Positions 12,861-25,560 of a DNA stretch of 64,000 nucleotides are shown in pieces. Position numbers and translations under genes: made by a program. The stretch is from positions 56,050,001 through 56,114,000 of the forward strand of contig NW_024704743.1 in assembly GCF_018977255.1 (NCBI RefSeq), written 5' to 3'. The first letter of the stretch is position 1. Each line of letters starts with the position of its first letter. The DNA is from Callorhinchus milii (Eukaryota). The notes beneath the pieces were generated by a model. It was given only the letters and a program-made list of their open reading frames with translations, was not told where the DNA came from and ran no database searches.

Positions 12861-14265
12861 ATGAACATTTAAACAAATGTTTGTGAGACTGGTTCCACAT
12901 TCTGATTGTAGTGAGCAAGGTTGATAACATTAGTGATATCATCCTCGTCCTGCCAACTGCCCACCATTTTTAAAACATGAACCATTATAAGCAGGATCTG
13001 CTTTTGTGGACCTAAACTACTGCCTTATAAAGAGGTCTGGCAATAACTGCAAATTGTTGTGATGTTTTATTTTAGCATTTTGCAGGTGGAATTTCAGAAA
13101 GCGTGTTAATTGATGTATTAAAATAATGACTAAAACTGACCTGAAATGAGTGCATAAATATCCAGATATTCATGCTGTTGCTTTGAAGATTTTTTTGGTC
13201 AATCCCACATTTTTTTCCCATGGTATATGCACTTTTTTCAGCAGAAAAATTGCCGGACTCTGCAATCTTAAAACATTTTGGGTGAAGTCCCTCAGAGGCA
13301 AGGTTTATAGACTTGCAGCTAGAGTCAAATCTAAATTGAAAGCAACAATGTGCAGCAAAAAGATGTGCTAATGGGAGCGGCAGAACATATACTGATGTCA
13401 TTGTAACCGTAGCAACAGTATGACATAAGGCAGTCATCTTGGACTGCTGTTGTGTACAGAACTGTCAATGATGTCTTTCCCAAGGTAGTATTATTTTGTA
13501 TTCATGTACTATACAATCCCATTGCACTGATATTGTATAAATGAATCCAGAATTTCCCGAGTCTCAGGAGAGGTAAGGGCAAACATGTTTGGGACTGCGT
13601 GGTAGTTTTTTGCATTAGCATCAATGTTGCACTGTAAAGGACTGTAACTGGCCCAAAAATCACATACATTCATAATGATCAGCAGGGGATGAAGAAATAA
13701 CTTACCATTCCTGGTTGCTGTCTGGTTTCATTAAACTAAATTAACTTCAACCAACTTTTTAGCCGACTCCAGCTAATACTCTCCCCATCACGCCTCTAAT
13801 TCTATACAATCAATCACTTGTGTGTAAGTGATACTTTCCAGTCATCATTTTCTATCAAATTGTTGGAGTTGAGTCAAATGGTGTTGACTGTATCTTTGAT
13901 CTTAAGCATCACTGAAAACATTCAGTTCAGCAGAACCTTCATATGTGTCCCAATATTAGTCAATACATGCATTGTGAAAAAAAAGTTGCTGCAATCTCTC
14001 TCCATTTCACAATTACAACTTTAGTAAAATTAGCTTTATTCCTGGGTGAGATATCACAGCAGTGCAGAATTATCCATAAAACAATGTACAGTAGCTACAT
14101 TGGAAGCCTCCATAGAAGATATTGTTTTTCTTGTCATGTTGTGTCATGTTCTGAGCTCTACTAAGGAAGGTCAAAATGGTTAATATCTTGGATCTGCAGT
14201 TAGAATATACAATAAATGTTGTTTATACAATGTGGTCAAAGGGCGGATTTAATATCCCCTTAATA

Positions 14266-14381
14266 CACCGTGACCAAAAAGTCATAACTACCCTATTATC
14301 TAAGAAAAAACAAAAATATAATATTTTCTTCAAGACTTGTTAGGTTACCCTAAATGGTATCACAACTTTTTGGTCACCCTG
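14266..14381. mobile_element. Tc1/mariner-type MITE (116 bp)
   Basis: TA|CACCGTGACCAAAAAGT ... ACTTTTTGGTCACCCTG|TA; terminal inverted repeats match 15/17 with TA duplication. Confidence 0.75.
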
Positions 14382-15002
14382 TATTACCAATGGAGCCTGA
14401 AAATGTGAAACAAAGGAAGAAGCTGCATTGTGTTTCAGAGCTCCAGAACATTAACCTTCTGTGTAAAAGTCAGTTTTTAAAGTACTCAATGGATAAGCTG
14501 TACACTTCTTTTAGCAGTCACACAAACAGCTGATCCAACTCCAAGAAAGTGTTGCCAGATCTGAAGTAGGGAAAAACGGTCTTTGTACAATGAATGATTA
14601 TCTCCAGAGAGAAACTAGTAATGTAAAAGTGAATTGGACATGATAGAATCTCTATCTTTAACACCTGTCTGAAAACTTGTTTGCATTCTTGCGATTGAGG
14701 GAAGTCAAAATATTTCAAATTCAGTACTCTATGCATCACAAAATGGAAATTAGTTTGGAAGTGATGTTGTTGCTTTTCAGTTCTATACAGCTGGTCTGAG
14801 ATAAAGGAAAGGTGTCCAAACATATAAAACAGTCATTTATATCCTCTAGTCACTGACTGTCAGCTTTTGAATGAAGAGACAACCATTCACACACACAATT
14901 ATATCCTGAAAAGAAACATTACAAAAAAAAGTATTAATCAAAAGGTTGTAATTTTAGTTTTTAAGATATGCAGTTGCTATGTACATGAATTGTGTACTTA
15001 TG

Positions 15003-15185
15003 CAATAATAATCCTTGCATTCCATATAACTCCTAATCACATCATTGAGATGTCTCTAAGCACTTCACCGAATATATTACAAAAGTGTATTTTGTGAGTG
15101 AAATAGGTTCCCACACAGTCGTGGATTGAATGGAATTTTTTTTTATTTTTTGGAGGGATTAGGGATACTTGCCACAATTTCAGAA
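15003..15185 (-). mobile_element. SINE fragment
   Basis: aataataatccttgcattcc...cccacacagtcgtggattgaa...ggagggatta. Confidence 0.75.
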
Positions 15186-15352
15186 AAGTTTCTTTTTTCA
15201 AGTTATAACTGTCCTTGATCTTATCATTAGGACGTGAGGTAGATGGGTGAGAATACGAACACACATGATACTGGCACACTTTGCAGTTCTTGCCCCTTCT
15301 CACATGCATAGTTTGATCCTCCAAATGTATTAGAAGTAATAGGCTCAATTTT

Positions 15353-16310
15353 AATAATCCTTGCATTTGTTATAAGTGATTATAATGTTGAAATCTCTCC
15401 AAGCGCTTCACAAAGTTTTTCAGTAAACTTTAGTGACACTGTATTTGTAGGCAAACATAGGAGTCAATTTGCACACAGCAATGCCCCACATTCCATAAAG
15501 TGATTGACCATTTTATCTGGGGATTTTTAGTCATGACTGTTGGGATTTCCGATCCCTGCGTTCGAAATATGATGCGACTAATCCAAAGTGGTGTAACAAA
15601 GTTTTATTGAACAATTAGTCAAATATAAGTATTTACAGAATCAAAGTATACTACCCGTTCCGATGACTCTGGGCAATGACCATCTGATCTCTATCCTTGT
15701 CTTTCCTCTGGCTGCTGCTGACCACTACTCTTTTCTCTTTCTTACTGGAAGTAAATTCCCTCACCCTTGTACATATACATAGATACAGTAGAATCAATAT
15801 TAATTCTACTGGGAAGTGCGCTGACCCTCCACACAATTTCAACTATTTCAAAGTTACGTCTTTCTTTTATGTGTTTCTAACTCCACTTCCCCTTGTCACG
15901 GAGAGCCCCCATCTTCGCAGGCTGCTAGCGACCTTTAAGCAGGCTCTTTTCACATGGGAAAATATCTGATAAGGCGAAAGAGATATGGACAACTTCTGAG
16001 CAGCCTTCCACAGCCTGCTTGTTTCCCAGCCTTGAGATAGATAGGTATTGAGACTGTAGCTGTTTAATCAGAAGCTGACCTCAACTGGTCCAGCAAAGCT
16101 ACTTTTAACCATTTAACTATGAAACCTTCTAGAACATTCGCTTGCTGTTTGAAATATACCAATGTATCGCAAGGTGATAGTCAATATATTTCAACACAAC
16201 ACTGGGAGAAACTCCTTTCTATTTTCAAATACAATACAATACTTAATGTTACTTGAACAGATAAACAGGACCTTGTTTTAAAATTTCATCTATAGGACAG
16301 CACCTCTGGT
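15353..16310 (-). mobile_element. Old Deu-type SINE interrupted by a solo LTR
   Basis: ggggatttttagtcatgac|...|actgggagaaactcc rejoins to match the uninterrupted copy at ~31400 (ggggattgttggccaggacaccgggagaaactcc). Confidence 0.7.
15538..16196 (-). mobile_element. Solo LTR (659 bp) of an LTR retrotransposon or ERV
   Basis: TGTTG...CAACA termini; 4-bp flanks TGAC/CAAC; minus-strand AATAAA at ~15603-15608 near the 3' end; clean insertion into a SINE. Confidence 0.75.
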
Positions 16311-17254
16311 ATTTTTTATTATTTATTAATAGATTTCTTATTAAAGAAATGTACTCTTTGCAGCAACTGGAAGTACGTCACAAACTTCATTCCGACTCAA
16401 GGGAACTCCTCCAAAAATAGAGTTAAAACAGTGCCGATTTCTTAATTAAGAAATAATGCAAAAATTGGCCCCAAATGTTTTTAGAGGGGTAATTTATATA
16501 TCTAATGTCTTAGGCGTTTATAAGAATAGATGTGGTTTAGTCTTAGAAATAATAATGTTTCTCAATAAATCTGCCATGGTTTAGTGAAAATCAATAATCC
16601 TTTAGTGTGAACATCATCACACATCAACACGTTGACATCTGGTGTTGCCACAATTATCGTTTCAAATAATTTACAAGAAAATGTACAATTAACAGTAATT
16701 CCAGGCAGAAAGCTAATCTTGGAGTTCAGGTGACAGTTATAAATTATTCACATTTTGCTCTTGCAGTTTATGATTCAAACTGAATCCACAATTAAATATA
16801 TTCAGAGTATGCAATTCCCCCATTACAAAGAGTAAAATAAATCCCATATTCTTTAGCTCAAGGCAAGACTATCTCTTGTAGTTTAAGCTATCACCTGAAC
16901 CCTACAATTGTTCTCTGTGAGATACGTCAATCACTGAACACCAAATGATGTTTACGGCACAAAAGGAGGGCTTCTGACCCATTATGTCTGTGCTTGTGTG
17001 ATCTAATACCATTCTCCTCCTCTTTCCCTGTATCTTTTAGTATTTTTGTTCATTTGTGCAACCAATTTCCGTATATAGACTCAGCTTCAACATACTGAGG
17101 ACCCATCATTGATATTGTTAAGTTACTGATCAATAAGAGGCATCCTTCAAGAAGGGCAATCTATTTTATGCCATTCATTTTGCCTATTGCTGGGAATAAC
17201 ACTGTTATATTCCCCTTCTTCTCCTCCATGTTCAGTGCTTTATTGACAAGTGAA

Positions 17255-17560
17255 GCATAAGAATATAAGAATTACTAGATGAGAGAAGACCAAGGTTCAT
17301 CCAGTTCACCTTCCACAATCCTGGCACTTATATGCACATGTCATGTCCTAAACTAAATACTGTATCACAAGATTTTTTTCGAAAATAAATCTAATTTGCA
17401 TTTGAAAGAATCAACAATTTCTGCTTCTATCATTTCCCTAGGGAGTCTGTTCCATACATTTACCATTCGCTCACTGAAATAATGTTTCCACAGATTCTTT
17501 TAAAATTTACCCCCTTTTCAATTGCAGGCCATATTGTCTGCTTCTACTGTACTTTGAGAA
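17255..17560 (-). mobile_element. CR1-like LINE 3' end
   Basis: cataagaatataagaa terminal repeats; reverse complement resembles 36100-36425. Confidence 0.7.
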
Positions 17561-18829
17561 ATGTGTCCTGTATGAAAGGTATCAATTGTTGTTGCATGAG
17601 ATCAGCATAGGCTATTTCAGTCATACAGTCCACCCAGAGGAATCTTGGAAGACAAGTAGCTCTGCATCCCTGCATACGTTTGCTGTGGGGACATCTACAA
17701 AGCGTCTTTGATGGTCATTACTGCTGTGTGGTCACAGGAAATAATGTGTGTGATGTAAACCAGAACTCGAAACCTTGCGATTTAAAAAAGGCTGTATCTA
17801 GGTTATCCCCTGAATGACATATGGCTGGCGAGACTTTGGCTTTGCTGAGAACTTGAGTCCTTCACAAAATCTTCTGAGTAAACTTGTTGCATGGGAGATT
17901 CCCTCGAGAAAACCCTGTTTACGTTGTTAGTATTTTTTCTGATGAGCATTGCAGCCATCATTTGGGCAGAACACTTGTTAACAACAACAACAAATTAGCG
18001 CTTTCACGAAGGATTGAGTCTCAAAGCTCGACACTGTGGCGCGGTTGTGTTCTGATGGAAGAATGAGGGAGGAGGCGAGGTGACATTAGACATGGCCCAA
18101 GAGGTCTTGAAGTGAAATTTAAAGGATATAGAGGGGTAAGGTGGTGGTATTGAGTCAGGGAGTTTCAGAGGTCAGGTGCGTAATGGCTGACGGTTCGGCC
18201 ACTAATTGTGTTGTGGAGAAGTTGGGAGTTGTAGCCAGGGTTAGGGTTAGGGTTCGCCAGTTCAGCGAAAGGGCAGATAAAGGAGTGCTTTGTGTCAGCT
18301 CACTCTTTCAGCTTTTGCGAAACATTTGTGAGAACTCTGAATCAGGCAGTTGTACAGTTCACAGGCAGGAATGTCGAGACTAAATGCAAAGCTCTTAGAG
18401 AGGGCCAGCCCAGTTCACAATGAGTGCCCTCGAATGTGTCATAGCAAAGACAGAATACACTGAATATAAAACACTAAGTATGCACACACAATCCCAGAGG
18501 ACATGGAGGCATTATTTGGCAGAAAGTAGCACTAATTTATGAGGTTTTATCACAAAATACTTGAAAGGATTTGTTTGTAGCAAACTCCAAATATGCCTGA
18601 CCATCTCACTCTGAAACTGTATTCTTTATTACACATCTTTATGTGAATCTCACTATTTAAAGGAAGACTGATGCATTAGAGCAGAAATCTGGAGTTTGCC
18701 TGGAGTTTGGAAGCAAAGTGCGTTGGTTGGTTAAAGTAATGGGAGTTTTGGGGTTTGTATAATCATGATGTCAGTGTTCAGTGAGTGTTTGATTACATTA
18801 GCCTACTTACATAAAATGACATACAACAT

Positions 18830-19660
18830 CACAGGACAGAAACAGACCATTCAGCCAACTGGTCTGTGCTGGACTTTATACTCCATATGAACCTTCATTC
18901 TTCCTCACTCCCTTTCCCAACCCCCCCTATTCCCTGCTCCTTCATGTATGCATCCTTTTAAATATGTTGTGCTTGTCGGATGTCACATGATCGTGTTTGA
19001 GCCCTCACCAGGTTGATGGCATAACCCAGGACCTTCCTGCGAGCTTCCTTGTCTGCAACACAGCTCAGCATGAAATTGCAAGAGCATTTCTACAATCTTC
19101 CTGCACACATCTCAGAAACACATCCGTTCCCACTGAGCAATGGTTCAAATAGTTTGAGGTGTGGAGCTTACGCAGCAGCTCCAAATATCCTATCCTCCTG
19201 GATGGTGGGGGAGGTATACGGGATCTTCTTGAAACTGAACTGAACTGGCTCCAAGGTGATATGTTTGGCAATGGAATGTTAGAATTGAGCCCACCCTCTA
19301 TTGGTGGTCTCGGTAGTCCAGTTCCTGAGCCAGGAGGGTCTGTAGTTCTCCAGTGCACTACTGATGAAAGCACAGCCAGCCTTGCTCATTAGCAGGACTT
19401 GGAGGGCAGACAAGTTACTCAGGACAAGGACTCTTTTATCTCAGCTTCAGTTAACCCTCCAAGCCAAAGCCCCAATGGGTATGATATTACCCATACCCTA
19501 CCCTAGCTGATACTTTTAAGCAAAATGATGGGTTTCCACGTGTGTCAACAAAATAATGCCTTAAATACGTTGATGCTTTCTACTCCAACTACAACTTCCA
19601 CAGTGAATACCAAATTCTCACCATCCACTGCGTATAGAAGTTCCACTAATACCATCTTTT
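18830..19660 (-). mobile_element. CR1-like 3' end enclosing a family X segment (~18975-19560)
   Basis: acagaaacagaccattcagcc terminus; X homology to 900-1600; CR1-like sequence resumes at ~19550. Confidence 0.6.
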
Positions 19661-21325
19661 CAATTATCTTTTAGGAGTGGCCATCAAGTGTAAACAGCTT
19701 ATTACCAGCCAACTTTAGGAGTAAAAAACTTGTAAAAAATTTATTCCTAAAAGTTGAAGAAGTTAATATTATCTCTGTAGTTACACCCACTACCTTCTGA
19801 AGAAGCAGTGAGCCCAACCCATGAATATTTATAAAGTGTTAAAAATATAAATTGCATCAGCCAACATAATAATTCTTCATTTTCTGCTCACACAACACAT
19901 ATTTTTGTTTGGGTTTCAAATGAAAGTGAGGCCAGGAAAAGGATTTATTTTTAATTAGAGGATTTGCAAATCCCTCTGCTACATATTGCAGTATTTCAAA
20001 AATATTGTAAATAAAAACAAGCCAAGCAAAAAAAAACTTCAGAATAAAATATAAATGAGCATGAAAATAAATTCCATGTTATAAAATTGCCAAAAAATGT
20101 AGAGAAATCCTCTGATTATAATTGATAATAATTCTCAGGTGTGAAAATAGAAATTTCCATTCCATGCATATGTGAAACTCACAGTAGTTTAGTTTGGAGA
20201 CTCTTCAAGCACTGTGATGGGTTTCCACTCCCCCAAAACTGCTTTACCCCCATTATTCCCATTAAGTATCCCCAATGATCAATATGGTATCTGATGTTAT
20301 AACCTATGCTCCTTGGAATGAGAAGGGGACAAGTGCTGGCTTCTGGTACTGCATATTGGCTGTAAGCCTTCTGTGCCAAGCTGCTTTCCACAAATTCCAT
20401 CCAACCCTTTTTTCTTCAGTCAGCTGAGTATCTGACACATGCAGAAACCCATCACCATGATTAAGAGCATCAAAGGTCTTTCAAGGTGAGATTGTGGGGG
20501 CAGTGTCTAGATCCTCCATGGTTAATGATGCCACTTTAATGAAAAGCATAATCCTGAGGATCCTTCAAGAGATGAGCTCTTCCAAAGAACTTTGCAGGGA
20601 AATCTTTTTAAATGGAAATGTAAATTGTTTTAGACAATTGCATTCATTATTCAACTGGATTTGTTTGTTGTTTTACATTTGTAGATATTTATGGATTAGT
20701 GAGCACATATACTGATTTAATTCACAGAATTCAAATAAACATTATTTATTGCAGAAGTTTTTTGGGAAGTCTTACCTCCTACAATGCCAAAAGGTCTACA
20801 GAAACTATCTCTACCAACTAGCCAATCCTGCACATTTCCTGCTCATGGACTCTGCTACTGAGAAATTGGGGTGTAGAATGTGCCATTTCATAACAGATTC
20901 AAAGTGATATCACATCAAATCTGTTTTGAAATGCTGCAATTTTCATTCATTTCTAAAGACTGAATGTGGAACTGAATGCCTCATGACTTTGGCACAATGG
21001 TTTAGTCTGGTAATCATGTTTTTTAAAAAAATAAATCAGCTTACCTTGGCTCCCTTTAACAACCCAGGCTTTGTTTTATTAACCCTGGAGAAAGCTTTGG
21101 AGTACTTCTTCACAGGATACTGACAGAGGTAAGTCAGTATCCTATTTTTAGCTGCACTCAAATGGCAATCTCTGTGATTGGGAGCAACAGTGTGCCCTAT
21201 GGGAGGAGGATAAAAGGAATGACAGTTATCACATCAAAGCTGTTACAAATCTATTATGAAATATTGTATTTTGCACCTTCATATTACAGCCCTAGTCACT
21301 GCAATAACACTACTGAACTATCATT

Positions 21326-21770
21326 GAATTGGAATTGAGATACAGATCAGCCATGATCTAATAGAATTGCAGAACAGGGGCTGAATGGCCTACTCTTGTT
21401 CCTATGTTCTTATATCAGAAGAAATTATTTTCTCTAATATTAAACAACACAAAAATAAGTACAATAACTTGCACTTATATAGTTATATATATATAGTGTC
21501 TCAGAGCACTCAACAGTGGTGTGGTTTGATACCGAGCGGGAAAGGGAAGGGAGTTGACCGAAACCACAATCAAAGAGGAAAGTCTTCAGGTATGATTTGA
21601 AAATGTAAAATGGAGGGATTGAGGCAGGAAGTTCCAGCGATTTGGGGCATTATAGCTGAAAGCACGGCCATTGATGGTGGAATGGAGGGGCCAAAGGAAG
21701 TGTAGAAGATCCAAGCCAGCTGAGTGAAGGAGGTAGCAGAATGGGGTGTGATCAGATCAATTAAGTAAAA
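21326..21770. mobile_element. CR1 3' end (+, to ~21410) and old L2 3' fragment (-, ~21460-21770)
   Basis: ggctgaatggcctactcttgttcctatgttctt; caataacttgcacttatatag...aagtcttcaggtatgatttgaa. Confidence 0.7.
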
Positions 21771-22539
21771 CATTTTTAAAAATGTTATCGGTGCTCACCT
21801 TTGTCTAAAACAGATGAATTTATGGCAGAAATGGAGAAGGAAATTTCTCATGGTATCCTGACCATCAATCTCCCACATAAAGATTGTTCATTCATGGCTA
21901 TTTGTGAGACATTGCTTTGTACAAATTGGCTGCTGTGTTCCCTACAAATACAATGTCACCACTCTTTACAATAAATCCCATGAAGCACTTTGAGACATTT
22001 TGATGATGTGATAAGGTCCTATTTCAAATGCAAAAATTATTATGTAAATTACTGTAGATGAAAATAAGGTATTTTTAACTTAAAGGAACATGATCCCCTT
22101 CATACCCGCTGAACAATCCATCCCTTTCTACAGCAGCTTGTTGCAGGCCGACTTATCACAGCCATAAATCAGTGGTGAAATCAGCAGTGATCTTGAAACT
22201 ATTTAATGTGACAGAGTTTGCAAGCTAAATTAAAGGTAGTTCTATACCTCATCCATTAATGAGGGCAATTTTTTTTACGGGGAAGAGGTTGAAACGTTTA
22301 TGCCAAAAATAATGGCCTCTGATATTTCGCTAGGAATTTAACATTTGTGTTATTTTACTCTACAAATTCAGTCATTATATCTACAAATGTTTGAGCAGAA
22401 TTTGGAACCTGATTTAAGATTTGTTTATCAAAATCTATAGGACTTGGATTTTGCTCACTTTCTTCTTTTGTGATGACCTGATGCAAATAATTAATTCAAT
22501 ACAGAACATTATCTCAGGAACATCTCAACAGCATGTGCA

Positions 22540-22860
22540 CTTCTTTTTCAGCTAAAGTGCAGTGTCCTAGGATTGCTGCATTGTCAGAGTTGACATTCTT
22601 CAAGTGAGGCGTGAAATCCAGGCTTCTTCTGCTGTCTAGATGGATATTCAAGACGCTATTGCACGTTCGAAAAGAGAACATATTTTCTCCCAAATTCCCG
22701 GCCAACAATGCCCCTCATTAACATTTTTTTAATTCATTTTAGTACTGTTTATGGGACATTGCTGTGCTCAAATTGGCTTTAGCCTTTGCCCACTAAACAC
22801 ACAATCACTACACTTTACAGTATATCCTGTGAAGGGCTTTGACACGTTTTGACAAAGTGA
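22540..22860 (+). mobile_element. Old Deu-type SINE
   Basis: gtgcagtgtcctaggattgctgcattgtcagag...ttgctgtgctcaaattggct core, then L2-type tail. Confidence 0.7.
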
Positions 22861-23400
22861 TAATAATAATAATAATAATAATCTTTGCATTTGATATATC
22901 GCCTTATCATGTCTTCAAGCACTTCACAGAATATACTGTACAGTGAATTGACTGTATATTTTGTGGTCAAAACACAGCAGCCAATTGTGCACAGCTGTGT
23001 CCCACAAACAGTCATGGATTCAGTGACCAACTTATTATTATATTTTATATAGTTTTGAAAGGATTATTCCCCCCTAGAAAAGCGAACCACCAATCGACTA
23101 ACAACCAGGTTCCTAGTTACTGCTAAGAAAACAGAGGCATGTGAAGTAAGGAAACTTGCCTTCAGCTCCCCTCTCGACTCTCTACCCCCTCCTCGCTCCC
23201 TCCCCTCACCCTGACTATTTCCCCCCTGCTCGGGTCCCGACCCAACAGTCCAGCGCCTTGGGACGTCCTCCCGACGTGAAAGGCGCTCTATAAATGCAAT
23301 TTTGTTGTTGTTGCTCAATGTTTTGCCATAGCCAGCAACCAAACCCAGGTCCTTTTGCTTGCAAGGTGAGTGCTCTAACCACTAAGCTACAGGACTCCAC
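22861..23400 (-). mobile_element. tRNA-Ala SINE interrupted by an L2 3' end
   Basis: Tail at 22861; head gtggagtcctgtagcttagtggttagagcac ending at 23400. Confidence 0.88.
23157..23313 (+). mobile_element. 157-bp young L2 3' end
   Basis: Near-identical to 27016-27165; (TTG)4 tail; TTGC duplicated on both sides. Confidence 0.92.
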
Positions 23401-24891
23401 ATGCTGCATCAAAAGGAAGAATTTATTATTATTATTATAATAAAAATGTCTACTTTTTTTTACTGGTATCTTCAATCCACTTTTCAATTGTCCTATTACA
23501 CTGGGAAAGGTTAGCTATAGGAAAGAAGTTCAAAGGCACAAACTGGGCCAGTATTCCAAACTTCTGATAGTTCTAATCATAGAAGGCTGTATAAATAGGT
23601 ACAATCTGCTTGAGTTGAGCTACTATTTAAGGATAGCACAGATCCATGTGCCCTTTGACTGAGAAGCTTGTTATTCTTCTGGATTCCCAACTCAACTTTT
23701 CTGTTTAAACAGAAAATTGTCTTTTATATGAAAATCCAAATTTTTGGGCATCAAGAAAAATGTTATAATGCAAATGAAAATCAATTCCATAGCCATTAAA
23801 TGTGTATGAATGTAAAAACCCAATTATTCACAGAGGTGGTAAATTAACACTTATTCAATATTTCATCTAAAAATAATAGTAAAATGTTCAATGAACCAAG
23901 AATAGAATGCACTAAGGTAGATTGCTAAACAGTTCGATTGACCTAACAGTGTCATTTGAGGCTAAGTTTAGCAACATCCTGGAGTCTGAGTATTTCTGTT
24001 CATTCCATCAGCAACATCTTACTCACATGATATTTAACCTTGTTTTTATCCTTTAAATGAATTACAAATGATAGAATATTCACAAAGGTTTCTTAATTTT
24101 TATAATGAAAAATCAATAGATACATCCTATGGCGATTGGGTAGTTACCTCGTTGTTTTTCCACCCATTTAACTCCTATCTAAAGAGCCCGAGACCAACTG
24201 CAGTAATATACTTCCAGACCCATATTTGCCAGCTCATTTTGAAGAGGACTAGGTGCCAATTCTCCCCACTAAGCGAGGATTAAAGCTGGGTGACTGGCAC
24301 AAATATATCTTTAAACCATACAATTGAACCTAGTCATCTATGGTGACCTTAAATCTTGAGTGTAAAATACACTGAAGTAGAAAGCGTTGCTTTGAAAAGT
24401 GTACGCCTCTTGATGAATGTTCCCAATTGGGATGATGGAAGTTGGGAAAGTGAAGGATATTCAAACACTCAAAGAGCATATATCATACTTATATATGGAG
24501 CAATTGGACAGGCAATCCCAGACAGTGTTGATGAATTAATTACACTCTTAAACACCTGGTGATTTGTGATAGATGACTCTTCAAGAAACAATTCTATCAA
24601 AGTAAGAAATTGATATCAGGTTTTGACGTTGGCATTGAGTATTTTGCAATGTAGGAAATTTCGAGCACAAATTATTCATCTCAATTTTTGCATGAAATGT
24701 ATTTGTAATTCATTCCATTCCTTAAATATGCTTAAGTATTGCCTGAGATAGTTAATGAACAGAAAATGTGGATAAAAGGCATCCTTTCACCTGTCGTTAA
24801 TGACTTTAATAACTAAACCCTCCTGACATTGAGCTAGTTTAGTTCCTCTTTCTTAGGTTCAGAAATGAATCACCAACATCTTTAATATAAC

Positions 24892-25073
24892 AAAACAATA
24901 ATAAATTGGTCATTTTCAATCCACGACTGTTTGTGGGACACTGCTGTGCGCAATTGGCTGCCTTATTTCGCCCACAAATATACAGTCAATTCATTTTACA
25001 GTCTATTCTGTCTAGAAAACGTGAAATGCGCTATATCAAATGCATGGATTATTATTCATTGTTGTTATTATTA
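24892..25073 (+). mobile_element. SINE (core and tail)
   Basis: ctgctgtgcgcaattggctgcc core and L2-type tail. Confidence 0.85.
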
Positions 25074-25258
25074 CAACACAGGAATTTTTGACTCTTGATC
25101 ATAAGATAATAATAATATTAGTGACTAATAATAAGTACTACCCGATATAAAAATAAGATCTTAAAGAGAAACAGTGATCCAAAATGCTGATTATGCCCTT
25201 AAGCACCAGAAACGTTGATCAGATATTGTCATCACGTCCAGCCCTAGTGCAATCAGAG

Positions 25259-25560
25259 TAATAATAATAATCCTTGCATTTGATATAGCGTTTTTTACGT
25301 CTTCTCGACGTGTCAATGCTCTTCAAAGAATAGTCTGCAAAGTGAATTGACTGTATATTTGTGGGCGAAATGCAGCAGCCAATTGCGCACAGCAGTGTTG
25401 CACAAACAGTCGTGGATTGAAATGACCAATTTATTATTTTGTTTGAGGGATTATTATCAGGCGTGTGGAATAAGGAAACTTGCCCAAGGTTACACCCTGC
25501 AGGGAATCGAACCCAGGTCTCTCGCTGCAAAGTGAGTGCTCTAACCACTGAGCTACAGGA
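25259..25560 (-). mobile_element. Near full-length tRNA-Ala SINE
   Basis: A box TAGCTCAGTGG, B box GGTTCGATTCC, Deu-like core, (TTA)n tail. Confidence 0.93.

Noticed and set aside
13700..13805. Minus-strand exon ending at GTAAGT
   Set aside because: All frames closed
18237..18254. Interstitial telomeric repeat (also taaccctaaccct at ~40392)
   Set aside because: Only about 2-3 units; too short to support
19711..19757. Short imperfect palindrome caactttaggagtaaa/tttattcctaaaagttg
   Set aside because: AT-rich and short; a MITE remnant cannot be distinguished from chance
20419..20490. Strong-looking acceptor/donor pair
   Set aside because: Stops in all three frames and overlaps family X repeat sequence
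24356..24562. 68-aa ORF (also 4541-4801, 14518-14823, 52529-52747)
   Set aside because: No recognisable domain or convincing splice boundaries; such lengths are expected by chance
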